Assembly (NCBI GenBank): GCA_951406725.2
Contig: OX597821.1
Span: forward strand, 64,542,001 to 64,606,000
Reading direction: 5' to 3'
From: Octopus vulgaris
Lineage: Eukaryota
Length of the DNA stretch: 64,000 nt
The notes under the pieces were generated by a model. The model was not told the DNA's origin, ran no database searches, and saw only the letters and a program-made list of their open reading frames with translations. Position numbers and translations under genes: made by a program. Positions 30,703-44,212 of the stretch are shown one piece after another. The number at the start of each line of letters is the position of its first letter. The stretch's first letter is position 1.

Positions 30703-32167
30703 AATATATAGATAGATAGCTAGATATACATGTAGATATAGATATATAGACTATATAAATGCAAACATATCCATAACTACCTATCTATTTCCTATCCCTC
30801 TTAGTTTCTATATATATGTAGTATGCATACATACTATATATGAAATGCTTCTTCCCCCGATAGTACAATATATATATATATATATATGAACATGCCTATT
30901 TGTGTAAGTATATATCTACATATGTGTCCATGTGTATATATATTCATTGAGAGTGAAGGAGGATTTAATATATATATATAGGGAGAGAGAGTGACAGAGT
31001 CAGATATAGATAGATAAATAGAGAGATAATAGATAGATAAATATGTATCAGGAACACCGTGTTTATCAGAAGAAAACTATTAGCGTTGCATTTGGTTTGA
31101 TATATTAGGTAATATTATATCATGGTTCGATATGTCAGACATGTATTGAGATCGAGAAGTCCGTTCGCAAAATGTTGCTAACGTACAGGCTTGCTTTGTA
31201 TAAAATAAGCTACAGCCTAATCATGAGGATCCAACAGCTATTGAAGACATAAACTTATTAAGAACATTCTATCACTCCTATCACCATATCAATATTTTCT
31301 AACTATTATGAAAGCCTAGCACAACACCCATGTTGTGCACGTTCCAGCTTTCATTCAAACATACATATAACAGCTCTCACAAGAAGCCCCTTTAAAAGCA
31401 TTTACGCCAAAGATATAAAAAAATACCTAAGCTAAGAATTTCACTTTGATTTCAATCATTGTTTGTAATATAACAATACGAAATCCTCACTTCTATTTCT
31501 CCTTAATTCGAAATTTTGTTTTAATAAGAATATTCATTGCATTGCACCAATTTGCTGTTTGATTTTTATTTTCTTTGATAGCAGTTAAACTTCAAAGACA
31601 TAGAAATTCGGTTTGAAATGTTCCTTGTTGATTAATATTTAAATAACACTTCCTCTGCTGTGAAATAATTGAAATATATTGCTGTTAAACTCTCAGTGAA
31701 GAGATATTCCATCAAGTACTTGGGTGAGATTATCATCGTAAACACTCTTCGCCACGCATACAAGCACGCACGCAAACAGGCATAGGCACACACATATAGG
31801 CACACATACACTTATATTTATTAAATTGTTTCTTGCATATTTCTCTGAAATTCACAGCGAGATATTTCATCAAGTACTTGGGTTAAATATGTTATGAATG
31901 GCAAACAATACACTACAATATATATGTATATATATATATATATGTGTATGTGTGTGTTTGTGCGTATATATATATATTTATATATACATATATACATATA
32001 TACACACAAACACATACGTATATATATGTATGTATGTGTGTGTGCATGTATATATATATACATATACACATATATTTATATATATATATATGTATACATA
32101 TATATATAGACACATGCATACACACACATATATATATAGATTTATACTTAAAGATATATGTATACAT

Positions 32168-32209
<42 letters not shown>

Positions 32210-32891
32210 TTGTATCTACATATATATATGTATACATACATACATATATATATACACACATATACATGCATATATATATATATATACATACATATATAGA
32301 TTTATGTTTATATATATATATTTATATATCGAGAGAAGAGAGATAGTGTGAGAGATGGAGAGAAAGAGCGGGAGGGAGAGAAAGCTGGAGAAAGAAAGAG
32401 AAGAAGAGAGAAAATATGTAGACGCAATAGTTAGAGTTATAAAGAGTATAGTACAGATCGTGATTTTCCATTTGACTCTGTACTTTCAGGTTCAATACCC
32501 CCGTATCGCCTTTATTATTTTTATTTTTTTGCAGTCTGTATAAAAATGTTAAAACAGGATGGTGAAATAGCTGAAGATTAAAGTCAAAGGCGCAGCCGTG
32601 CTTCTTTATCACATCTTAATGTCTTCTGATATCAAATCCTGCCATCTATTACCTTGATGGTAGACATGATCTATCAAGCGATATTTCACAAACACCTGGC
32701 ATCTTGGATAACTTCAGATGAATCTACCGTGCCATAGATATTAGGACCAGGGTTTCGAGATGTGGATGCAATTGTTCATTCCCCACTGCAGTGTCGGAGG
32801 TCCTATGAAGTGCTATGGGGTGTGCTTTCACTCCCAACCCTACTACGTGTGCATGTGCATGTATTGTATTAGTCTAACTCAATATTTATCC

Positions 32892-32923
<32 letters not shown>

Positions 32924-32940
32924 ATATATGTATATGTATG

Positions 32941-32980
<40 letters not shown>

Positions 32981-33028
32981 TGTGTGTATATATATACATA
33001 CATATATACATGTATATATGTATATATA

Positions 33029-33390
<362 letters not shown>

Positions 33391-34364
33391 CATGCATAAG
33401 TGTTTGAGTGTGTGTACGTATGAGACTAGCTACATTCAAGTAGCACATATATTTGACGATGTTTGTTTATATAATTTTTTTAATGTCTTTTGTCATTTTA
33501 ACGATATAATAACAAAGATTATGTTTTTATATTTTTAAAGATAACTTAGCAACAATATGAAAGAAACCACAAATAAAGTTGTTTATGTTTAGCCAATATA
33601 AATACCAAAGTCATAAACTAGTTGTAGAAGCACGTCTCTTTTAAATGGAAGGGACTCGTAATATAATTCTAGGCACAACACGTTACTTGAAATGGGGATT
33701 GTGTGTTTGTGTCTGGAACAACTTTGATAATATAGATCCTTATGTATGGCCGACTTGGATTTAAAACAACATTACAAACCTAAAGTAGAAGCCTTTACCA
33801 TGTTGCAGGGACTTCTTCGAAGTACGGTAAAATGTTTCTCAAACTAAACCCATCACATAATGTATTATGTTGACTCATTCTTTAAAAAAAGTGTCTTTCT
33901 TTATAGCGTCAATTTACTTCTTCATATGAATACTCGATCAGGGTCGGCAAAGGGCTAATGAATATCTGTATACACTATCGAGAGAGTAAACTGGTTATGT
34001 CGTTATTTTCTTTCAAACACTAGTCCTTTATAATACGATCGAGTCCAACAGGTAATTTCTACTGTGTCACCCAATCTCCTTGAAATGGCAACCAATCTTT
34101 CCGTAAATTGAATAATTTAAAGTAGGAAGAACCTATTGCTTAAAGTGGAACTTGACACGCTATTAGGGTCACAGACGTGGTGTTCATAACTGGAACTCGT
34201 TTGATTTTGGTTCTGCATTATCGAAATGGATTCCGGGCTGAAAACCAGAAAAGTGTGGCAGCAGCAGCAGCAGTAGTAGCATCAGCAAGGACAATGGTTT
34301 ATATTTCCACTTCTTGATAGAAATCTGAGCCGAGGAAATTTTAAATTCATTCTTTCTGAATTAC

Positions 34365-34662
34365 TCTTTTACTCTTTTACTCTTTTACTTGTTTCAGTCA
34401 TTTGACTGTGGCCATGCTGGAGCACCGCCTTTAATCGAGCAACTCGACCCCGGGAATTATTCTTTTGTAAGCCCAGTACTTATTCTATCGGTCTCTCTTG
34501 CCGAACCGCTAAGTAACGGGGACGTAAACACACCAGCATCGGCTGTCAAGCAATGCTAGGGGGACAAACACAGACACACAAACACACACACGCATATATA
34601 TATATACATATATACGACGGGCTTCTTTCAGTTTCCGTCTACCAAATCCATTCACAAGGCAT
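34365..34662 (-). mobile_element. SINE family A, 3' two-thirds with (ACTCTTTT)n tail
   Basis: High similarity to 52705-52985. Confidence 0.88.
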
Positions 34663-35911
34663 TGAACTTCCAAATCTCGTTCTACGGAGTTTTAAAAAAT
34701 GGGAGAAGGCATTGTTTAATGCAGTCCGAGGAGTTACGATATATTTGTATAAAATATCAAATAACCGCAGACAGAAAGCCTTTCATCACAATTCTCATCC
34801 ATTAGATACGGCCTAGGGCTAAGAAAGAAAAACAATGATAATATCCATTAGTATTCAGACACTCATTATCTTATTCTAATATACCAAATCCTTACGGAGA
34901 ACAGTCGTTCTAATTACCCTATCAAACATAATAAAACAACAAAATCCAAAATACTCCTAATTAATTCTACATTTTAATCAGAAACCAATTAGTATAATTT
35001 AGCCTTACTTTTTTCCCCAGTTCCGATTCATTGTATGAAGTCTGCAATAATTTAACAACAATCTTACGTAGTCTAATTTGGTATCTACTGATTCCTGGTT
35101 TAATTAATTAAAATTTAAAAAAAATCAAATTTATCCAACTTTATCAGCAGTGTAATATGTGAGGTATTTAGTACATTCTTAAAGACAACAGATTTACTAA
35201 CTTCTACTTTACTGTTAATTAGATGAAGGTATCTTTAGATGATTACAATACGGCATCATACATAACATTCATGTTAGGAATTCAGGATCTAATACTACTT
35301 GCTTTGATAGCCAGAACAATCAAATATACATTATATATTTTAGTCGATGAATGCCCGAAATGTAGTTTCTGATTCTTGCTTTAACAGGCATTATAACAGA
35401 TTTGTTGAACTTACGATAAAGTTTCTCTTTTAACTGTACGTAATAAAATGTTGAAAATTTCTTTCATAACTTGCTGGTCTCCAAGCCGAATGAAGTAATG
35501 TAGAATTCCCAACGGCTGGAGCTGTGAATCAGCAAATATATATTGGCCTTAAAAGTACATGTAAACTGATATTGGGTAGCGATAGTGACAGGAAACGGTA
35601 CAGCAAATATGAAGAGCGTTATGTTATTAAGCAGACAGTTCAATTTAGTTTTTTCACCATCTATCTTTTACTTATGAATATCTGTCACAGGGAAGCCTGC
35701 CTCACACACATACTACACTAACACACCAAAACTCTTCCTCAAACGCACATGGGAGATAACGCATGGATGTCAGATGTGTACGCACATTGCAACGAATACA
35801 GTCATAAAAACACAGAGATACGCGTGTCGTGTATATATATATATATATATATATAAGTATACATATATATATTATATATATATATGATATATATATATAT
35901 AGGTATACATA

Positions 35912-35955
<44 letters not shown>

Positions 35956-36011
35956 GCATACCTACATACATTCATATATGGTGCATTTATGTATATATAT
36001 ATATGTCTGTA

Positions 36012-36042
<31 letters not shown>

Positions 36043-36819
36043 GCATATAATTTATGTGTAAGACAATATCGTCTTTCATTTGCTTGTTATTCGATTTTTC
36101 ATTTGCTACAATAGACAAGAATATGGACGAAATGAAGGAAAACTTTGAGAGGGACAAAGTATCGAAGTATCTATTACAAAGACAAGTTGAGAAGATAGAC
36201 AGACAGGTGGATAATTAACAGTATGGAATGGATGTACACGTATACTCAGGCATACACACATATACACACATATATACACACACATATATGTTTGTATTCA
36301 TATGCAATAGATATATTTTGTATGTTTGTGTGTGTGTGGGGAGGGGGGGAATACGTGTGTGTGTGTGTTTCTGTGGATGTTTGTCTTGAAACAAAGTCGC
36401 TCTTTTCAAATGAACCTTTACTGAATATTGTACGTAAGTTCAGACGCAGTTTAGTATAACTGAATAACAGAATAATAGAAGATGAGCAGAGGTTGTTTGT
36501 CAGTGAAACGTGGATATACGAAGAAGGAAACAGAGAGAGAAAGAGTGCAATTGTGGAGTATTTCTATTGGTAAGGTGGAGTGTGGCATACAGAAACATTA
36601 GTGTTTGTCACGTCGCCTCTCTTGCATACACAAATACGTACTTTTGTGTGTGTGTATGTGTGTATGCATGTATGTATATATATATGTGTGTGTGTGTGTG
36701 TGTTTAGAGAGAGACACAAGCAGTGAGAGTGATAGAGAGAGAGAGAGAGAGCAAGAGGAAGAGAGAAAGGACAATAAAGGGTGTGGGAGAAAGACAAAAG
36801 GAAAAAGAGCATTCTAGAA

Positions 36820-36890
36820 CAGTGTTCTGTAACCAGTATACCGAAGCACACTGGTGTGCCATGATACGAGGCTAGGTGTGCCGCAGTGTA
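36820..36890 (+). mobile_element. possible hAT (Charlie-like) terminus relic
   Basis: TCTAGAA-CAGTGTTCTGTAACC..GCACACTGGTGTGCC..GGTGTGCCG resembles hAT ends at CTAG-type targets. No partner end seen. Confidence 0.35.
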
Positions 36891-37398
36891 ACCTGAATAT
36901 AAAGTTTTTCCCCTATACTTTTCGTTATATTTTTTGTTCACGTATGCCGCCGAATTTTAAAAAGAATATAAGTGAATCACGAAGTGAAAGAAATAGAAGA
37001 TTTTTCAGTTACAGAGGAAATTTCTTGTTTCGTTTTCTGAATTAGTACTATGTCACATTATATTTTCAACTAATCACGCTACGAACCATTATGAAGATCC
37101 ACAGAAAGGTTATTAAATCTTCAAGATATCATGATGTCCCGGGAGGATACACACAGATAATATATTTATAATCACCGTTATAAAGAATATTTGAGATAAC
37201 TTCCTTCCGTTTATTTTATTTACATAAGCGTTCCATATCATAAAGAATATTTTAATGAATCATAGAATAGTGTAACTATATGACTGCACCTTTTGGAAGA
37301 ATTTAGAACTTAGACTAATTTGTGTCTAGTTATTGCGTACGTTTTTGTTACATGCATACTCGCATATGTGTATGTTTTATACATGTATTCACACACGC

Positions 37399-37791
<393 letters not shown>

Positions 37792-38452
37792 TAATACTGG
37801 CATTATAAAGGGATTCGAGCTGAACAATAGGACTGCAGCACTATTTTCACTGACTGGTCCTCTGTCGTCAAGAATAAAGTAAACTTTATACAGTTTTAAT
37901 AAAACGTACATCTAATCGTCTATTTCGTGATCCGTTGTCGTGGAAGTTTTAAAAATACGTCGGGGATAATCTGCAAGAATTAGCCTCTATTATATCATAG
38001 ATTATGAATGCAGTGACTCAAACTGAATCACTGCATTCTGTATCAAGTGTTTGAAATATTTAAATGAGTTGTGTCAAGGAAAACAAAATTCGCGATTTCA
38101 CTATCCCAGGAGACACCGCAATCAAAGAAGTGACTTCCCAACATTTTACGAACACCCCTTCACATTCAGCCGTATTCACTTGAATCTCGTAATTACTAGG
38201 TCTCGCACCTGTGTATATTTCATACATAGCATCGCAGGACGGAACGAACCACCTACCAATCCTATACGCTGCTAACAGTGAAAAACCTACCATGACTAAC
38301 ACTGATTGTAATGGTACTGACGGCAGCCTCTGCTTGCTAATAGTAAGATGATTCTCTTTGCATTGTTCACTATCGCGGGTTGTTTCTTTTAAAAATACAT
38401 CATAGTCTGTTAATACATCTCCACCAATTGATCAGAAAGAGTTAATGCTTAA

Positions 38453-38484
<32 letters not shown>

Positions 38485-38566
38485 ACCGACCAGACCATCA
38501 GATGTTGCTACACATCGCATTGATTTAGCCTTCGAATGACGCCACCCCGCTGGCTATGCGAGCAGG

Positions 38567-38636
<70 letters not shown>

Positions 38637-38825
38637 TACTTTTTTATCCGAGGGGAGGCAATGCGAGCAACAACCACAGGAACATCAGAAAATCCACAGT
38701 ATGACCAAACACATGCAAATCTTCATATGCTCATTTATATCTATAAAGCCCGACATTTAAAAATTTAAATATTTAGTAATATATAAATATATCATATAAA
38801 AATATAAATTTTGCATATAACACCT

Positions 38826-39336
38826 TGAAATAACGCTTAAAACATTTAGTATAAATTTGTTACAATAAGATAAATAAATATAATAATAATAATAATAATA
38901 AATAGAAATAAAGCATACAAGGCATATTAAAAGACGAATTAAAATTCTAGCGAAAAGTACATGGAAGATAATAATTATACAAGTTTACTAAAATATAAGT
39001 TTACAAAGATACACAAAAGTCCCTCACAAAGATACACAGAGACGCGCCAATTAATATTATTAGACATATCATATACTTAAAATTGGCACTCCCCTCATCA
39101 AGATGTCCTATACATACAACACATAGTAAACGTAAACAAATACACAATCACATACCGGCCATATTCAGAACCGAGACATTAGGTATTCCCAGAAATTTAT
39201 TATCTTCTATGTACTTTTCGCTAGAATTTTAATTCGTCTTTTAATATACCTTGTATGCTTTATTTTTATTTATTATTATTATATTTATTTCTCTTATTGT
39301 AACAAATTTATACTAAATGTTTTAAGCGTAATTTCA
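38826..39336. repeat. inverted repeat, ~140-bp arms, ~220-bp spacer
   Basis: 38826-38973 is the near reverse complement of 39197-39336 (ATTAAAAGACGAATTAAAATTCTAGCGAAAAGTACAT vs ATGTACTTTTCGCTAGAATTTTAATTCGTCTTTTAAT). Confidence 0.92.
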
Positions 39337-39440
39337 TAAATAGCCTTTTTCTATTTGCAATATGCATTTTCGTTGATTTTTCATATTTTACCCTTACATT
39401 TCCACGTGTATTTCATATTTTCTTTTCGTAACGTATTTCT

Positions 39441-39822
39441 GTAGCTTGCTAACCAACCACATGGTTGCGGGTTCAGTCCGACTGCGTGGCATCTTGGGCA
39501 AGTGTCTTCTGTTATAGCCCCGGGCCGACCAATGCCTTGTGAGTGGATTTGGTACACGGAAACTGAAAGAAGCTTGTCGTATATATGTATATATATATGT
39601 GTGTGTTTGTGTGTCTGTGTTTGTCCCCCTAGCATTGCTTGACAACCGATGCTGGTGTGTTTACGTCCCTGTCACTTAGCGGTTCGGCAAAAGAGACCGA
39701 TAGAATAAGTACTGGGCTTACAAAGAATAAGTCCCGGGGTCGTTTTGATCGACTAAAGGCGGTGCTCCAGCATGGCCGCAGTCAAATGACTGAAACAAGT
39801 AAAAGAGTAAAAGAGTAAAGAG
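39441..39822 (+). mobile_element. SINE family A, A box truncated
   Basis: GTAGCTTGCT.ACCAACCACATGGTT.CGGGTTCAGTCC..CTTGGGCAAGTG..TGACTGAAACAAGTAAAAGAG tail. Confidence 0.9.
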
Positions 39823-39836
39823 TAATATATATATAC

Positions 39837-39901
<65 letters not shown>

Positions 39902-40041
39902 CATACATACTTATATATATATATTTGTATTATGTGTGTAGGTATTATGTGTGTGCATACACAGACCGCACACATACATGTACACACACACATATATATA
40001 CACATATATGTCTATATAGCTGTTTGGTATATAGGTAAATG

Positions 40042-40172
40042 AAAAAACACTTCAATTATCATTTCACATGCATAATAATTACAAACGGTTTAATGCTAAT
40101 GACGTTAAGGTCAGCTATGCATGCCTAGATAATATCACATGAAAATCGTCACGCTAAAATACAAAAAGAAAT
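40042..40172 (+). pseudogene. PLE polyprotein relic (region preceding GIY-YIG)
   Basis: 40071-40139 translates HNNYKRFNANDVKVSYACLDNIT, preceded by frameshifted KKHF. This matches my recollection of the PLE KHF..H..KIFN.NTVKVSYSC..N motif. Confidence 0.55.
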
Positions 40173-41019
40173 AGATCCTCCCGCAAACCCTATTCTGTAA
40201 CACTTCCTCATATCATCGATTTCTTCACCATTCCTATTTCTATGCAAAAGTTAGTTATGTATCCACCTATCAAAATTCCCAAGAATGGTCATTTAATGTA
40301 GATTGCTAACTCATAAAGTAGAAATACCACTGAGTTTCAACTAATATGTAGGTGTCGTTGAATTTATCTAAGCGCATCAGAAAACTAATATAACACGACA
40401 CGTTATCGGTCTTCTATATTTTAGTCATAATTGTATTTCCTTCATTTTGTTTACTTATTTTGGTGTAGTTTGTGTATGCATCATATGAATAGTCTATCAA
40501 CGACACAAGGTGACTTGACCCTAATAATCAGGACGTCGATTATTACAGTTTGAGTGACGGATGCTTAATGTGCTTCGTTTTCGCATTGTTTGTAAAATTG
40601 GTTTCCATTGTCTAATGTTATACATTCATGTTGAAGAGTTAGACTCTAATCATTTAAAAGTACAAACACACACATACGTGTATACACACAGGCACACGCA
40701 TACACACACACACAAACAAACACACACACACACATATATAGCTTTAGATATACTCATACACATGAATACATACACGCATACAGAAAACGCACATTATCAA
40801 TGTGTGTAGATCTGTTTTTATATACTTGTATAAGTGTAGATACTAGTCTGCCAATCTATCTACCTATCGATCTATGTATTTGTTTATCTCTCTACACCTA
40901 TTTATCTCGTTCTTTCTTTATCTCTGTCTGTCTCTTTCTTTCTCTTCGTCTCACTCTCTCTCTCTCTCTGGGGCATTTATATATATAAAGTTTATGGTAT
41001 ACACATATATAATATATAC

Positions 41020-41101
<82 letters not shown>

Positions 41102-41141
41102 GCGCACACACACACACATATATATATATATATACATATAT

Positions 41142-41973
41142 GAAGCTTATTTGCCAACATAACGTGGCAGTCCTGTATAGGACTGTGTTTCTACATTTTA
41201 ATCCCACCTGGTTATCGACACAGGAAGTAAGGGGGATTACTACACTCTTCTAGCCGTTAGCAGTACCAGCAGACCAATGGCTTCTGGGTAATTACCCGTC
41301 TCCGGTGCTGGACAACCGCCTGGCTAGAGACACTAGCCATCCGACCTTGCTCATAGTATATACTTGCCGAAGTGACTGACGGTCATTGATCTCGTAAAGA
41401 GAAAGAACAACTAGTTTTAAATCACTGAATGATGTATGAAGCAAGAGAGTAAAGTTTATTTCCCAACATAACGTAGCAGTCCTGCATAGGATTATGTTGA
41501 TTTTTAACCCCCGGAAGGCATCTTTTCCAGCTGTTTGTCGACACTTGATCCGTGTTCGAGACATACTGTAGGTAAGAGGTCGTATTATCACCTTCTAGCC
41601 GTTATCAGTACCAACAGACCAATGGTCTCTGTGTGATGTAATTGTCTTCGATAATTATATACTGTGAGTAAGGTCGGGTGGCTGCTGTCCTTACGCAGGT
41701 GGTTGTCCTGCAGCTTAGATAGGAAATTACACAGAAACCATTGGTTTGCTGGTACTGCTAACGGTTAGAAATGGGTAGTAAGTTCCCTTCCTTAGAGTAT
41801 GTTTCAGACACAAATCATGTGTCGATAACCAGCTGGAAAGGATGTCTTCCTGGAGCTAAACATTGATAACATAATCCTATGCAGGACTGCTACGTTATGT
41901 TGGCAAATAGACTACACAGTACTGTTACTACAAAGATCTCATTCAGAGATTTAAAACTAGTTGTTTATCTCTC
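41142..41973. mobile_element. three-copy tandem plus inverted repeat (PLE pseudo-LTR-like) with hammerheads
   Basis: CCAACATAACGT.GCAGTCCTG.ATAGGA and CTTCTAGCCGTTA.CAGTACCA.CAGACCAATGG occur at ~41154/41247, ~41463/41593 and inverted at ~41876/41738. Flanked by (TA)n. Confidence 0.8.
41266..41311 (-). ncRNA. decayed minimal type I hammerhead ribozyme
   Basis: Minus strand reads CCAGCA-CCGGAGA-cGGGTA(at)TACCCa-GAAG-CCA(t)TGG-TC-TGCTGG. All three stems are intact but the core has substitutions. The inverted copy at 41707-41752 retains GAAA. Confidence 0.65.
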
Positions 41974-42114
41974 ATATATATATGTGTGTGTGTATGTGTG
42001 TGTGTCTGCGTACGTGTGTGTGTGTGTTTATAGGAATATGTGTGTGTGTATATATATATATATATATTTATATATGTATGTACATATTGATTGATAGATA
42101 AATAGTTACATGGT

Positions 42115-42129
42115 TAGATAGATAGACAT

Positions 42130-42161
<32 letters not shown>

Positions 42162-42166
42162 GTAGG

Positions 42167-42247
<81 letters not shown>
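42115..42247. repeat. (TAGA)n microsatellite
   Basis: Directly visible. Confidence 0.95.
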
Positions 42248-42269
42248 GTGTCTGTCTCTGTGTGTGTTT

Positions 42270-42530
42270 CCACATGGCTTAGTTGTTTGGGTGTTGCACT
42301 CACGATTGCGAGATCGGGGTTTCGATACGCAAACCAAGCATTGGGTTTTGTTCTTGAGCAAAACACTTTGTTTCACGTTACTCGGCGATCATTTCGTCAC
42401 CTGACACGAGGCACGTGCTGCTCCTGTACAGGTAATGTCGATTTGATATAAACATTTGAACACTACAAACAAATCACCAGTATGATTGTTCAGCAAGAAA
42501 TTGCAGAACCTTAATACGCCATCGCACGAA
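42270..42530 (+). mobile_element. old tRNA-derived SINE related to the family C head
   Basis: CACATGGCTTAGTTGTTTGGGTGTTGCACTCACGATTGCGAGATCGGGGTTTCGATAC..TTGAGCAAAACACTT. Confidence 0.55.
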
Positions 42531-43097
42531 AATTACCGAAATTGACGTCAGATATAACGAATTCTAGATCGACGTTTTGCAGACGATTCAGGTCCCTGTT
42601 ACTGTGTATGTCTTCCTTAATGTGCTTTAACTACAGAATTAGGGAATTTTAGCACGTATTTCTACCAATTTAATTGTTCCTTAACACCCTGGTCACATTT
42701 ACTGACAATTATATTCTTCTTCTTGATGAAATATTGCAACTTGTTGTTTATATCAATTTTATGTATACACATTAGCGAATCGCTAAATCATTCATTAATT
42801 TCGAGAACGAAAACACATATACTAATAATGAAGCAAGCCGAGGAAAGCTGAGATTGAGTGGGCTTCACTGATGAGGCAACTCAAATTGCCGAAACTGACG
42901 TCAGTAATAGGAATTCTCGATTTGCATTTTTCAGACAGATCCCTATTAGTGTACATGCATTCATTCATGTGCGTTAATAACAGCATTGGAGTACTTTAGC
43001 TCGTATTTCTAGCAAGCTATGTGTTGTATAACACCCTAGTCACATTTTATAACGATTATAATTTTCCTCTTTGGTGAAATATTTGAATCTACTGTTT

Positions 43098-43100
<3 letters not shown>
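42531..43100 (+). repeat. diverged ~220-bp direct repeat pair beginning at a hammerhead
   Basis: 42531-42752 aligns with 42885-43100 (AATT.CCGAAA.TGACGTCAG ... CGTATTTCTA ... TAACACCCT.GTCACATTT). Confidence 0.75.
42862..42914 (+). ncRNA. minimal type I hammerhead core
   Basis: CTGATGA-GGCAA(ctcaaa)TTGCC-GAAA-CTGACGTCAG-TA: canonical core, 5-bp stem II, 10-nt palindromic stem III. Stem I pairing is poor. Confidence 0.7.
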
Positions 43101-43159
<59 letters not shown>

Positions 43160-43200
43160 ATGTGTATCTAGGTATGTATGTACATGTATGTGTGTTTGTA

Positions 43201-43244
<44 letters not shown>

Positions 43245-43598
43245 TATATATATATCTTCATGTGTGTATATGTGTGTAAACATAAAATACACACACATAC
43301 ATTCACACTAATCTCTCTCTGATAATATATATGAAGGCAAGCACACACAGATACACTTGTATACGTGGGTGTGTGGTAAAACGTATATACCTGATTGTGT
43401 AAATAAGATATAACATATGATGAATATTAAAAATTTAGATTTGTGGAAATCAAGAAAGGAATTCAATCAACCAAAATTCTAGTACAAGAACAAATCTCAC
43501 ACTGATAATAGAAGAAACAACGACTCAGTCGACAGCAAATGAGAAAAAAACAGTGAGATTGAATATACATACACTTATATATATAGGTTAATGCAGGC

Positions 43599-43640
<42 letters not shown>

Positions 43641-43647
<7 letters not shown>

Positions 43648-44120
43648 TTGAGTTGTGGGGTATCGCTCGAGTGGGATTATATAAGAAAAAAGGTTTGAAA
43701 ATGCAATTTAAACGATGTTTATTTACTTAACCGGTTTCACTCTTTGGTAAAAGATTGTCAAAAGTTACATTTAAGGAAACATTGAATAATATGGGTTCAA
43801 AAAAGTTTTTTACATAATTGTCACATTGAATATTATGCATTCAAAAAAGTTTTTTACATAATTGTCACATTGGATATTATGAATTCAAAAATGTTTTTTT
43901 ATACATAATTGTCACATTACATGTATAAATATAGTGTTTGGTAATAGAGAAGTTCAATAGTGTGATGAGAATATTTGGGAAAATTTGGCAGAAAAGGATA
44001 AAACAAATATATTATTGGGAATTGGTTGCGTTAATTATTGGTTGTCGCAAATTGTCACATTACATGTATATATATACAATCTTTGGTATATATATACAGC
44101 CTTTTGACAGTAAAAATTAA
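43641..44120 (-). mobile_element. PLE-like terminal relic after (TA)n with hammerhead and 44-bp tandem repeats
   Basis: Same layout as 5829-6165: (TA)n, ~80 bp, minus-strand AATAAA, hammerhead. Three copies of TTCAAAAA.GTTTTTTACATAATTGTCACATT at 43796-43920. Confidence 0.55.
43725..43765 (-). ncRNA. putative minimal hammerhead with U3-A8 core variant
   Basis: Minus strand reads ACTT-TTGACAA-tCTTTT(acca)AAGAGt-GAAA-CCGG-TT-AAGT. Confidence 0.55.
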
Positions 44121-44212
44121 AATGGATTTTTTATACATCTCAGAATATTTTAAGTTCAAGGCGAGAATATGTTTTTACTGACCTGTCGGTATTAGCAGAT
44201 ATATATATATAC

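Noticed and set aside
31690-31885. Direct repeat GAGATATT.CATCAAGTACTTGGGT ~160 bp apart
   Set aside because: A short local duplication with no element features.
43796-43920. Three 44-bp repeats as a CRISPR-like array
   Set aside because: Contiguous tandem units without unique spacers, eukaryotic context and no cas genes.
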